Shown here: in pieces, positions 36,958 to 46,694 of the stretch
How the letters are laid out: each line of letters starts with the position of its first letter
How positions within the stretch are numbered: the first letter of the stretch is position 1
Source: Phycisphaerae bacterium
GTDB taxonomy: Bacteria; Planctomycetota; Phycisphaerae; UBA1845; Fen-1342
Direction: 5' to 3'
DNA length: 64,000 nt
Assembly: GCA_046350315.1 (NCBI GenBank)
Contig: JAXMAP010000002.1
Span: 1,824,390-1,888,389 of the forward strand
Position numbers and translations under genes: made by a program
Notes under the pieces: model-generated
Told to the model about the DNA's origin: nothing
Databases searched by the model: none
The model's input: only the letters and a program-made list of their open reading frames with translations

Positions 36958-37722
36958 ATGGCCACTCGACTCACCATCCTCGGTTCCGGCACTTCGCATG
37001 GCATTCCGATGATCGCCTGCGACTGCCCGGTCTGTATCTCGCCCGATCCGCGCGACCGGCGAACGCGCACCAGCGCGCTGTTCAGCTTTGACGGCCGCGC
37101 CTTGCTGATCGACACCAGCCCCGAGCTGCGCCTGCAATGCCTGGCCTGCGACGTGCGGCAGGTGGACGCGATCCTGTACACGCATCATCACGCCGACCAT
37201 GTCGTCGGGATGGACGACGTGCGGCGGTTCAACTGGATTTCGCAGAACGCGCTCGACATCTACGCGAACCGGGCCACCGCCGCCCGGCTGCGGCAGATGT
37301 TCACGTATGCGTTTGAGCCGGACCCCGACTACCCAAGCGCCAAGCCCGACCTGCGGCTGCGCGAGATCGACGGGCCGTTCGAACTGTTCGGGCGCAGGAT
37401 CACGCCGATTCCGTATCTACACGGACCGCTGCCGGTGCTGGGCTTTCGCATCGACGACATCGCGTATTGCCCGGATTGCAGCCGGATTCCCGATGACACG
37501 CGGCCGCTGCTGGCGGGCCTGCGCGTTCTGGTGCTCGACGCGCTGCGCCACCGCCCGCACCCGACGCACTTCACCCTGGCGCAGGCGGTGGAGGAGGCCC
37601 GCCGCATCGGAGCGCAGCGAACGGTGTTCACGCACATCGCGCACGAGCTGCCGCACGCGGCGACCAACGCCGACCTGCCGGCAGGAATGGAGCTGGCGTA
37701 TGACGGGATGGTGTTGGAATAG
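36958..37722 (+). CDS. MBL-fold metallo-hydrolase (PhnP/RNase-Z-like).
   Basis: ILGSGTSHGIP, YTHHHADHVVG (HxHxDH), ~255 aa. Confidence 0.7.
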   Translation: MATRLTILGSGTSHGIPMIACDCPVCISPDPRDRRTRTSALFSFDGRALLIDTSPELRLQCLACDVRQVDAILYTHHHADHVVGMDDVRRFNWISQNALDIYANRATAARLRQMFTYAFEPDPDYPSAKPDLRLREIDGPFELFGRRITPIPYLHGPLPVLGFRIDDIAYCPDCSRIPDDTRPLLAGLRVLVLDALRHRPHPTHFTLAQAVEEARRIGAQRTVFTHIAHELPHAATNADLPAGMELAYDGMVLE

Positions 37723-38825
37723 TGCCACGGCGCGGACGGCTGGGAATGACGATTCGCTGGATGTGCTGGTCGATCGTCCTCGCCGGGTTGGGCGGGGTGG
37801 TTCTCTTCGGGTACCGCATCTCCGGTCTTACCCCAGACGAAACGATCAAGTCGGTGGAGAGCAGCTGGGAAGCCGCGACCGATGAGCAGTGGAACACGAG
37901 TTTGCTATGGGAATCGCTTCTTGAGAAGGCGTGGGCTGATGCCGAGCGACCGAAGGGGTCGGGCTTCTATCCGGTGCTGGATGACTGGGGAGTGGTGCCC
38001 GTAAATGCTAATCTGTCGAGTGCGCCGAGCCGAGAGACGATTTCGGCTGCGATCAACACGCTCACGTCGCACTCGACGCCGCCAAGCAGCTCGTCCATAT
38101 TGAACCTCGGATTGTCACCTCTTCCGGGCGCCTCGACGCGTGCGCTCTGCGAGGGCGCGGCGGAGAGCGCTCGTAATGGTGACTTGGTTGAAGCCAGCAG
38201 GCGACTTGAGGTCGCGCTCAGAGTAATCCGCACGCTGTATGGAGGCTCCGTGCGGCGGCTGCGCCACGCCAGGCGATACGAAAAGTGGGTGCTTGAGACA
38301 GCCGGCTCAGTCCATTTGTCGCGAAGCGACCAGGCTGTGCCTGTCATCGGCGCGCTGGACGCACTTCTGTCGCCGCACGACACCTGGGCCACGGCGATCG
38401 CAGGCGAAATCAGGAGCCTGCGCCAAATGCTTCAAATTTCGTCGTGTGGAGAGTTGCTTGTTCCAAGCTTCGAGGTTGACGCGCACAATTGGGGTTTCGA
38501 AGCTTGGTGCGTCGCCAAGGTGTCGCAGCGCAGCGGGCTCTGGAATGTCGCCGCGCCGTTGCTGCATCGCACCAGTCACGTTGCCGCGAAGATCGACGAG
38601 CTCGAGCGCGATCTGGTCGCAGCCATTGACGCGCCGGACCCGGTTGCGGCGCTGCGAGCGCTTTGCGCGACGCGCCGCTTCAGCGCGCTGGACGGCGCGT
38701 GGTTCGGACGATTCGGCGATCCGCCGGATTGGTACCTGGTCAAGCCGCTTCAAGAACTGCTCGATGTCACCGCGCTTCGGGCAAAAGTACGTGCTCGGCT
38801 GGCTGAGGCTTGCGCCCAGCCATGA
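37722..38825 (+). CDS. Hypothetical membrane-anchored protein.
   Basis: N-terminal TM helix WMCWSIVLAGLGGVVLFGY. No recognisable domain. Confidence 0.4.
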   Translation: MPRRGRLGMTIRWMCWSIVLAGLGGVVLFGYRISGLTPDETIKSVESSWEAATDEQWNTSLLWESLLEKAWADAERPKGSGFYPVLDDWGVVPVNANLSSAPSRETISAAINTLTSHSTPPSSSSILNLGLSPLPGASTRALCEGAAESARNGDLVEASRRLEVALRVIRTLYGGSVRRLRHARRYEKWVLETAGSVHLSRSDQAVPVIGALDALLSPHDTWATAIAGEIRSLRQMLQISSCGELLVPSFEVDAHNWGFEAWCVAKVSQRSGLWNVAAPLLHRTSHVAAKIDELERDLVAAIDAPDPVAALRALCATRRFSALDGAWFGRFGDPPDWYLVKPLQELLDVTALRAKVRARLAEACAQP

Positions 38826-40195
38826 TCGAGCGCGACTCAACGCCGGTTCGCGCCCCCCGATCGAACTCGCGAATGACGCTGCTGGCGTGGCTCTCCGCGC
38901 GCGGGGGTCTGCTTTCCGCGCTCACCGCCCACGCGCTCTTCGGTTTCGTCGCGCTGGTTCTGTTTGGAATGGCGGTGATTTTCGCCCGCTTTCCACACAC
39001 GTCTCACCATCTGGCGTTCGGCACGATGCCCGTGTGGGATTTTCCGCGCCTCGCGCTGGCTTACGCGCTGCAAGCGGCGATGGACTGGTCCGCCGGCCGC
39101 GGCGACGTGTGGGCGGTGCTGGCCGCGATCGCGGCGATTCACGCGAGCTTCTGGGGCGTTGCGTGGGTCGTTACACCGTGGGTGCTGACCGCCGAGCCGG
39201 TCCGCCGACGATACCTGCGCGCAGTGCGACTGACGCTCTGGAGCACCGTGATCGGCGTGCTGATCGGGTTCGTCGCCGCTACGACCGCGGCACTCGATCA
39301 AGCGGTTGATTGGAATTTCCCCGGCGTAACGCGCCTCGAAGGCGGAGTTTGCGTCGCGCTAGCCGGGCTGCTGGTCTGGGGGCGCGTTCTCTCGGTCGGC
39401 GCCGCGTCGCTGGCGGCCCTGACGCCGCAGTTCGAACCGCCGCAATCGCGCTGCCGCAAGTGCGGATATCTGCTGACCGGGCTGTCTCCCGCGGCGCGTT
39501 GCCCGGAATGCGGCGAACCGGTAGCGCCCTCGCTGCCCGACGCGCGCCGCCCGACGCGGTGGGCATTGCGCGGCGGATTTGGCCAATATTTCGCCACGCT
39601 CTGGTGTGCGATGACGCGGCGCGATTTCTTCGCCACGCTCGCGACGCATGATTCGCACGCAGCGAATGGAATCTCGACGCTTCGGCCGCGTCGTTCATCC
39701 GAGAAGGCGGCCGCGACGTTCGCCTGGTGGACGTGCCTGTTGTGCGGCGTGATTTTCGCGCTGAGCGGCGTGTATTTCGACGTCGCGCCCGGGCCTCGCG
39801 TGCTGCCGCTCGCGGAATCGCTGCCACACATCCTGATCGGTCTGGCTTTGCCCGCGGCGGCGGCGGCTACCGTGTCGCGACTGCTGTTGCTGGTGATGGT
39901 GCTGCGCGCATCGGCGCTCGCCGGTCGCGACCCGCGCAATTCGACCCCGGCGTGTTGCTACGCAACGGCGTTTTTCGTGCCGACGGTGCTTTGCCTGGTG
40001 GGCGCGCTGCGAGTTGAGATCGCGCTGGAGCACTGCGTCGCGGGGCTCACACACAAGTCGATGCATCTGCCGCTGGTCGGCTGGTTTGGCTTGGATGCGC
40101 TGACCTCGCTGGCGCTGTCGATCCCCGTGTTCGCGATGTGCGTTTGGGGGCTTGTTCGCATCCGCCAAGCACTGATCGACGTGCGCTACGCGTAG
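38810..40195 (+). CDS. Hypothetical polytopic membrane protein with an internal zinc ribbon.
   Basis: Multiple TM segments. CRKCGYLLTGLSPAARCPECGEP. Confidence 0.45.
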   Translation: MRPAMIERDSTPVRAPRSNSRMTLLAWLSARGGLLSALTAHALFGFVALVLFGMAVIFARFPHTSHHLAFGTMPVWDFPRLALAYALQAAMDWSAGRGDVWAVLAAIAAIHASFWGVAWVVTPWVLTAEPVRRRYLRAVRLTLWSTVIGVLIGFVAATTAALDQAVDWNFPGVTRLEGGVCVALAGLLVWGRVLSVGAASLAALTPQFEPPQSRCRKCGYLLTGLSPAARCPECGEPVAPSLPDARRPTRWALRGGFGQYFATLWCAMTRRDFFATLATHDSHAANGISTLRPRRSSEKAAATFAWWTCLLCGVIFALSGVYFDVAPGPRVLPLAESLPHILIGLALPAAAAATVSRLLLLVMVLRASALAGRDPRNSTPACCYATAFFVPTVLCLVGALRVEIALEHCVAGLTHKSMHLPLVGWFGLDALTSLALSIPVFAMCVWGLVRIRQALIDVRYA

Positions 40196-40281
40196 CGAAC
40201 CGACAAACAGGATCGCGCCGGCGTGCTGACACGCCGTATCAGGCGGCCGTGCGGCGCGATTGCCGCACGGTAATAACGCGA

Positions 40282-40354
40282 TGAGGGCGCTGGGACTCGA
40301 ACCCAGGACCCACGGCTTAAAAGGCCGTTGCTCTACCGACTGAGCTACGCCCTC
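40282..40354 (-). tRNA. tRNA-Lys (anticodon UUU).
   Basis: Reverse complement GAGGGCG-TA-GCTC-AGTCGGTA-GAGC-A-ACGGC-CTTTTAA-GCCGT-GGGTC-CTGGG-TTCGAGT-CCCAG-CGCCCTC-A folds as a canonical cloverleaf. Confidence 0.85.
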
Positions 40355-40440
40355 AACTTCTTGTTATCTGGTCATTTACTCGCCCGCGTCGGCATCACGA
40401 CAACCCTTGGAACAGCCCGTTGACAAACGCTGCTAACCGA

Positions 40441-40535
40441 GCCCCGACCGAAAGGGAGCGGACGGGGCGACGGCCGAAATCGCCTGAAATCTCAGTTCGT
40501 TCCGACAGCCGGGCGACCCCCCTTATGGTCGGGGT
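40441..40535. repeat. REP/MITE-like palindromic element, divergent copy C, immediately next to tRNA-Lys.
   Basis: ccccgaccgaaagggagcgg ... ccccccttatggtcgggg. Confidence 0.5.
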
Positions 40536-41054
40536 TCCGTTGAGTGTTTTTTTCGACTGACTGCCAACGCTACTACGCTTCCGGTCGCGCTCGATCGCGT
40601 CAATCCTTCCCAGTGCCGATTCTCACGCCGAGTGCGAACCGGTCGCGACGGTAGCCGCGCTGGCTTCTATGGTCAAGGAGCATATCGATCGCTGCATTCG
40701 AGTACCGGGCTGCCCCAGGCCGCACGCCGATCGAACGGTCTTTCGTGATGACTGGTGGGCGGCGCTGATTGCATTGGCTACCGGGTTCTGGTCGATCGCC
40801 ACGAGACTATTCCGAGACGAGGCGAAGCGGTCGACACCAATCGGCTGGGGCCGCCGACCGAAGCAGAGCGCCGACTCGGCTACGGCGATCTGGTGGAACC
40901 TGCTCAGCAAACGGGGCGGCGACTGCTCACAGGCCCTGGGCGAACTGCGGAATCGCGCGTTCCGCTGACCGCGCCTCCCGCTATGATGCCGCGGATACGA
41001 GCGGCTTGACGCCCGATCTTGCGTCGAGTTCGCGCCGCGCAGGACGACCCAATC

Positions 41055-42284
41055 ATGACCACCCCCAACGCTTCCCCAATCGCCTTCCAGCCCGATCTCA
41101 ACGCCGACCTTTCGAAAGAAGACATCGGCGATCTGCAGACCGAAGAGATGATCGTCAACATGGGCCCACAGCACCCTGCCACGCACGGCGTTCTGCGCAT
41201 CATCCTGCGCACTGACGGCGAGATGGTGCTCGATGCGCAGCCGATCATCGGCTACCTGCACCGCTGTGCCGAAAAGCTCGGCGAGAATCTCGCGCCCTAT
41301 CAATGGGTCCCCAAAACCGACCGCATGGACTACGTCGCCGCGATGAACAACAACCACGCATGGGCGATCGCCGTCGAGCAGCTCTGCGGCATCGACGTGC
41401 CCGAGCGCGGCAAGTATCTGCGCACCATCGCCGCGGAGCTGAACCGCATCGCGTCGCATTTGGTCAGTTTTGGCACGTACGGCCTGGACATGGGAGCATT
41501 CACGCCGTTCCTGTACGCCTTTCGCGAGCGCGAGTACATCCTCGACTTGTTCGAACTGATGTGCGGGGCGCGGCTGACGTACTCGTACATTTACCCTGGC
41601 GGCCCGGTGCACACGAACAATCGCGACGTGGCCCTGCCCGATGGCTGGGTCGAGCGCTGCCGCGAATTCCTCGACTATTTCGAGCCGAAAATCGACGAAT
41701 ACAACCAGCTTCTGAGCTTCAACCACATTTTCGTCAAGCGCACCGCCAACGTCGGGGTCATCTCGGCCGAGCGGGCCATCGCCAACGGCCTGAGTGGCCC
41801 GTGCCTGCGCGCCAGCGGCGTGAAGTGGGATTTGCGCCGCGTGCGGCCGTACGACATCTACGACCGCTTCGAGTTCGAGGTGCCGATTGGCGTCGCCGGC
41901 GGCGTCGACGACATTCCCGAGGAAGTCGTCGTCGGCGATTGCTGGAACCGCTACTTCGTACGCATGCTAGAGCTCAAGCAAAGCGTGCGGATCGTGCGGC
42001 AGGCGCTGGATCAGATGCCGACGGATGGCCCGTGGCGCGCGAAGGGGGCCAAGAACATCAAGCTCCCGCCGCGCGAGATTTACTTCGAGGGCGAGAACCC
42101 GCGCGGCCAGCTCGGCTTCTACATCCAGGGCGACGGCTCGGCGATCCCGTATCGCGTGAAGGCCCGCGGGCCGAGCTTCTGCAACATATCGATCCTGAAC
42201 GAGGTCTGCCGCAACTGCCTGCTGGCGGACGTGCCGGCGATTGTGGGGAGCATTGATATCGTGATGGGGGAGGTGGATCGGTGA
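41055..42284 (+). CDS. nuoD: NADH-quinone oxidoreductase subunit D (NuoD / 49-kDa subunit), stand-alone in this window.
   Basis: MIVNMGPQHPATHGVLRIILRTDGEMVLDAQPIIGYLHRCAEKLGEN... and C-terminal GENPRGQLGFYIQGDGS...R. No NiFe-hydrogenase CxxC motifs. Confidence 0.85.
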   Translation: MTTPNASPIAFQPDLNADLSKEDIGDLQTEEMIVNMGPQHPATHGVLRIILRTDGEMVLDAQPIIGYLHRCAEKLGENLAPYQWVPKTDRMDYVAAMNNNHAWAIAVEQLCGIDVPERGKYLRTIAAELNRIASHLVSFGTYGLDMGAFTPFLYAFREREYILDLFELMCGARLTYSYIYPGGPVHTNNRDVALPDGWVERCREFLDYFEPKIDEYNQLLSFNHIFVKRTANVGVISAERAIANGLSGPCLRASGVKWDLRRVRPYDIYDRFEFEVPIGVAGGVDDIPEEVVVGDCWNRYFVRMLELKQSVRIVRQALDQMPTDGPWRAKGAKNIKLPPREIYFEGENPRGQLGFYIQGDGSAIPYRVKARGPSFCNISILNEVCRNCLLADVPAIVGSIDIVMGEVDR

Positions 42285-42908
42285 GGCGTGCGGCGCGCGG
42301 AGAGGCATCTGAACCGCAAGCGCAAGCGCCGGCCAGGCGCATTGAGTGCGCCGATATCCGATCGTCGTTCGCCTTGTGGCCGGTCGCTGGCGCTAGCAGT
42401 TCGGATAGAGCGCGACCCGCCGACGGGCAAAGCGGAATCCGAGTACGGGTAGGGTGCGTCAGCCGTATCGACGCACCATCTTGATCTGCACGCGACCTGC
42501 GCACGTTCGCACGTAGCGGAATGGTGCGACCGAGCGCTACACGGGCGACGAAGTCGTCAAGCGCTGGAAGGCGCGCTGGGGACCGTTGAACCCGCCGAAC
42601 TTCCCGGGCCAAACGCCGCCGACGGACGAGGAACCCGAGAAGCGCCGCGCCGAGTTCAACGCACAGCAATAGCGCATCATCGCCGCAACGCAGCCGGCGG
42701 GATGGGAGCCGACCAACCAGACCAGGTAGCGTGCGTCGCGCGGAACGCGATTGCGAGCCGCTGATAGTTCCCACAGCCGCCAATCGTCCGTCGGTTTCAG
42801 AGAATGGTCGCTTCCGCCGTCCGGGAGCACTCCCGAGTGGTCGACAGCCGCTTTGCCAGCAAGTAGTATTCCCGGCCCAAAAGGATCGGCCCGCGGTCCG
42901 GAGAGGCC

Positions 42909-44099
42909 ATGTCACAGGCGTGCAACGTAGCGCTGATCGGTCAGAAGTTCATGGGGCGCGTTCACAGCAACGCATTCCTGAAAGTCGGGCGGTTCTTTAA
43001 CCTTCCGTTGACCCCCGTTATGCACACGATCACGGGGCTCGACCTGATCGCGCTGGCCCCGTTCGCTGACCGCTGGGGCTGGAAGAAGTACAGCACGGCC
43101 TGGAAAGATGTCGTCAAAGACCCGGCGATTCAACTGGTCGATATCTGCACGCCGCATTACATGCACGCCGAGCAGGCCCTGGCCGCCATCGCCGCCGGCA
43201 AGCACGTGGCCTGCGAAAAACCGCTCGCGGCGACGCTCAAAGACGCCCGCAACATGCGCAACGCGGCGGTGCGCTCGCGGCGCAGCAAGACGTTTGCCTG
43301 GTTCAGCTTCCGCCGCTGCCCGGCGGTGGCGCTCGCCTACCAGGTGCTTCGCGAGGGGCGGTTGGGTCGGCTGTACCACGTTCACGCACAGTACTTTCAG
43401 AGCTGGGGCGGCCCGACGACGCCGTTGAGCTGGCGCTTTCAGAAGAAATACGCCGGCTCCGGCGCGCATGGCGACTTGAGCTCGCATCTGATCGATCTGA
43501 CGCGCTTTCTGACCGGACACGAGTTCCACGAAGTGACCGGCGCCTTGGCTGATACCCTCATTCCCGAGCGCGAACTGACTGAAGCCGCCGCAAAACAGAC
43601 CGGCAAGCAGATTTTGCCCAACCGGCCACGGCCCAAGGGCAAGTGCGACGTCGACGATTCGGCCATGTTTCTGGCGAAGCTCGCCGGCGGGCTGTCGGCG
43701 TCGTACATGGTGACGCGCGTCGGGACCGGGCACAGCAACTCGCTCGCGATCGAACTCAGCGGCGAGCGCGGCGCGATTCGCTTCGCGCTCAGCGACCTGA
43801 ACACGCTCTGGCTCTACGACAACGGCGAGTCACCGCGGCTGGCGGGCTGGCGGCGGATTCAGTGCACCACGGCCGGCCAGCACCCTTACGTCGGCGCCTG
43901 GTGGCCGGAGGGGCACCTGCTGGGCTACGAGCACACATTCGTAAACATGCTGGCGGACATGATCGCGGTGATCGCCGGCGAAGAGCCGCTGCTGCCGCTG
44001 CCGGACTTCGCCGATGCGTACGAGACGCAGCGCGTGCTTGAGGCGGTGCTCCTGTCTGCCAAGCACCGCGCGGCAGTGAAGCTGAACGAGATAAAGTAA
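42909..44099 (+). CDS. Gfo/Idh/MocA-family NAD(P)-dependent oxidoreductase.
   Basis: N-terminal Rossmann VALIGQKFMGRVH, EKPLA motif, ~395 aa. Confidence 0.8.
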   Translation: MSQACNVALIGQKFMGRVHSNAFLKVGRFFNLPLTPVMHTITGLDLIALAPFADRWGWKKYSTAWKDVVKDPAIQLVDICTPHYMHAEQALAAIAAGKHVACEKPLAATLKDARNMRNAAVRSRRSKTFAWFSFRRCPAVALAYQVLREGRLGRLYHVHAQYFQSWGGPTTPLSWRFQKKYAGSGAHGDLSSHLIDLTRFLTGHEFHEVTGALADTLIPERELTEAAAKQTGKQILPNRPRPKGKCDVDDSAMFLAKLAGGLSASYMVTRVGTGHSNSLAIELSGERGAIRFALSDLNTLWLYDNGESPRLAGWRRIQCTTAGQHPYVGAWWPEGHLLGYEHTFVNMLADMIAVIAGEEPLLPLPDFADAYETQRVLEAVLLSAKHRAAVKLNEIK

Positions 44100-44738
44100 C
44101 CGCTCATTCCGTTGGCGACGTCCGTCCAAAATTCGGCGGAACGGCGGAGATTCTCCGAGATCGTAGAGTGGGCGCCGCGCGCGTCAGCAAGCTACTCGAT
44201 GGGCGCGATCCAAACAGCGCCGTCCGTAACGTAGTCGATAGTCAGCCGAGATCCTCGCAGCAGCGCGGTCCCCAAAAGCGCCGCGCCGCCGGTCTCCAGG
44301 ACAGGAATGACTTGCGGCTTGCCACCCTAAAGCGCCGTTGCCTCATACGTCGCAAATTCGACGCGACCGCGAATCACGGGTGCGATCTCGAAATGACCCG
44401 CCCGCCGAGTCGAAACGCCGTGGCGTGGCCGATGCGATGAATGTAAGGAATCACGCCGGGGCGGCGTTGCCTTAGCCGATGAACGGCGTCCAGCAAATTC
44501 GGGGCAGCTTCGTAGTCGCCACTTTCAACGTCGATTGCAACGAATTCGCCGTTCTGGCTTGGCTCAAGCAACGCGCGCAGTCGACCCGCATAGATTGACT
44601 CACCGAGCGACACCGTTTCAGACTTCGATCGAGGCAGGCCTCTCGGAGATTCTAGCAGGTTCAATCGCGGCCCGCCCGAAATGTCGTGCACGACGTGCCG
44701 TGGCGAAGGAACACGTTGAATCGTGAGTTGAAGAAAAA

Positions 44739-45170
44739 TCAAAGTTGATTCATGCAGCCCTTGATTTCCTGATTCGCCATGTGTTTCTTGTCGAACATCC
44801 GCATCTTGGAGTAGAAAGCGGCCCAAATAATTGCAGCTTCCGCGAACCCGATAGGCCCATCTGGACCAACGACGGAGAGGCAATTTGACGCACGAAACAA
44901 GCGCCTCGCGAATGACCGCCGTCCAACAGAGCACGCGGACAGGAAGAGTCTTTTCCCCGCCAAGTATGGCGCAAAGAGCCTTGCTGCTTCCGCGAAGCGA
45001 AGCTCGTCAAGCGTAAAGGCGAAGCCATCGCGGTTTCCATGGCACGCGAGGTGAAGATAGCGAAATCTCGTCTTGCGGAACTGTTGAAGCATGACGCGTA
45101 GCTCGCGCCTTGTGCGAAAATAGCGGTAGCGAACTTGCTGTCCGGCGAGCTCCAACATCGATTCAAGCAC
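44739..45170 (-). CDS. Small CHAT/caspase-like protein (143 aa) retaining a His/Cys dyad. Possibly a truncated remnant.
   Basis: YLHLACHG (His box) and RLFLSACSVG...SVVGPDGPIGFAEAAIIWAAFY match the C-terminal half of CHAT domains. Only ~38 aa precede the His box, too few for a full caspase fold. Confidence 0.35.
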   Translation of the reverse strand: MLESMLELAGQQVRYRYFRTRRELRVMLQQFRKTRFRYLHLACHGNRDGFAFTLDELRFAEAARLFAPYLAGKRLFLSACSVGRRSFARRLFRASNCLSVVGPDGPIGFAEAAIIWAAFYSKMRMFDKKHMANQEIKGCMNQL

Positions 45171-45264
45171 GACGCCTTCCTGACGCTGTTCCGACTCGTC
45201 GCATTAGTCGTTTGATTCGAGAATGAACACGCCGTGCAGGCTTCGTTTCACGTGTAGCACCGCC

Positions 45265-46419
45265 TCAATCCAGCCACTCCCCCTCCTTCATCTTCCGCGG
45301 CAGATATTGCTCCGTGATGAAGCTGAAATTCTTGTTGCTCAGGGCTTCCAGCTCCAGCTTTACGCCCAGGCTCTCCATCCGCTTGATCTCGCGCTGCCAG
45401 TCCTTGCTCGCGAACCACGGATATTCGCGGATTTCCCTGGCTCGCCGGCGGTCTTCGTCCGTCAGCGGCATCGGCACGTGCGGCGGAATGTCGAACTTCT
45501 CGGCGTCGAAGCTGCTCATGCCGATGAAACGCGCCGCCGGGATCGCCATCCGCTGGCTCTCGAACGCCAGGTTGATCGAGCCCTGCTTGACGACGCTGTA
45601 GATGTAGTAGCCCCAGGGGTCGTTATCGACCAGTACGTACACCGGCAGCTTCAGCTCGCCGTGCATGCGATGGCAGAGCCGCCGTACGCCGCGCGGCGGT
45701 TGGCCTCCGCCGTGAATGATGATGCAGGCATGCTTTTCCCAGAAGCGGTCCTTGTTGAACCGCTGCCAGACGGCGCCTTTTTCAATCAGCAGGATGAACT
45801 TGGCCTTCATCTTCGCCGGCACGAACTGGATCACGTCGGCCTCGACGATGCTGGGTACAGCCCAGCCGCCCGAGCCCATCGCCGTCAGATCGATCGTGTC
45901 GCCGTTGTCGACGATCGTCAGCGGCCCGACCATGCTGCCCTTGGTCTCGGCGTGCACGCCCAGCTCTTCGCGCAGCGCGGTGACGGTGACCTCGATGTCC
46001 TCGATGACCGGGTCGGACTCGGCTTGATCGAAAAAGATCAGCTCCTTGCTGCCGCGGACGGGGACTTTCAGGTTGTAGAACAGGTCGCGCAGGCTGGTCG
46101 AATCGTCGGCGTCGATCAGGCGCTTGCAGACCTCCGCCACGCGGAAGGTCTGCATGAACTTCTTGGCCTGGCTGCCTTCGCCCTTTCGCCGGCCCAGCAG
46201 GCTGAAGAATGAGCGGCGTTGCTTGCCGTCGAGCAATTCGATGATGCCGCGTTTCTCGTTGAACTTCACGTTGCCGAGCGTGCGCGAGGGGATTTCGACG
46301 AACGGGTCGTCCTGCTTGTGGACCATCCCGATGATGCCGGTCGCCAGCTTGCGAATCCGCTCGCCGGCGGCGGCCCGATCCCGATTCCCGCCTTTCAAGG
46401 CGGCTTTCCTTTTCGCCAC
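45265..46419 (-). CDS. DNA topoisomerase VI subunit A / Spo11-family protein, stand-alone ('Mini-A'-like). No Top6B gene adjacent.
   Basis: CAP/winged-helix catalytic Tyr motif LRDLFYNL. Toprim Glu in FILLIEKGAVWQRF and DxD in YVLVDNDPWGYYIYSV. 384 aa. Confidence 0.75.
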   Translation of the reverse strand: MAKRKAALKGGNRDRAAAGERIRKLATGIIGMVHKQDDPFVEIPSRTLGNVKFNEKRGIIELLDGKQRRSFFSLLGRRKGEGSQAKKFMQTFRVAEVCKRLIDADDSTSLRDLFYNLKVPVRGSKELIFFDQAESDPVIEDIEVTVTALREELGVHAETKGSMVGPLTIVDNGDTIDLTAMGSGGWAVPSIVEADVIQFVPAKMKAKFILLIEKGAVWQRFNKDRFWEKHACIIIHGGGQPPRGVRRLCHRMHGELKLPVYVLVDNDPWGYYIYSVVKQGSINLAFESQRMAIPAARFIGMSSFDAEKFDIPPHVPMPLTDEDRRRAREIREYPWFASKDWQREIKRMESLGVKLELEALSNKNFSFITEQYLPRKMKEGEWLD

Positions 46420-46477
46420 GGCATTCTCCTATCGCGGGGATACAGCGCGAGTGCCAGCCCAGTGCGATCCAGCATTC

Positions 46478-46640
46478 GGGTAGTGGCTCAGTTTCGCGAA
46501 GGAACTCCCCAGCCGAGCCCCGACCGTAAGGGAGGGGTTTCTTGCGACCGCAGAAGGCCGCTCCCTTACGGTCGGGCCTCGGTGTCGAGCGTTTTCCCGG
46601 CGTCGCAAGCGAAACCGAGCCACTACCAGCATCTTGGAAG
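46478..46640. repeat. REP/MITE-like palindromic element, copy D, with ~20-bp terminal inverted repeats.
   Basis: TIRs gggtagtggctcagtttcgc / gcgaaaccgagccactaccagc flank the core hairpin cccgaccgtaagggagg...ccgctcccttacggtcggg. Confidence 0.7.
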
Positions 46641-46694
46641 CGCTCGGCGTGCCAATGCTGCATGAATAGCGGGGCTGTCGCCCCTTTCGCCAAC

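Noticed and set aside
42285-42908. Possible small gene in the nuoD-oxidoreductase intergenic region (protein-like frame …ERYTGDEVVKRWKARWGPLNPPNFPGQTPPTDEEPEKRRAEFNAQQ*).
   Set aside because: The frame is closed by a TAG just upstream with no ATG/GTG/TTG start after it. The alternative ATG-initiated frame (42522…) is low-complexity. Left unannotated, could be a remnant.
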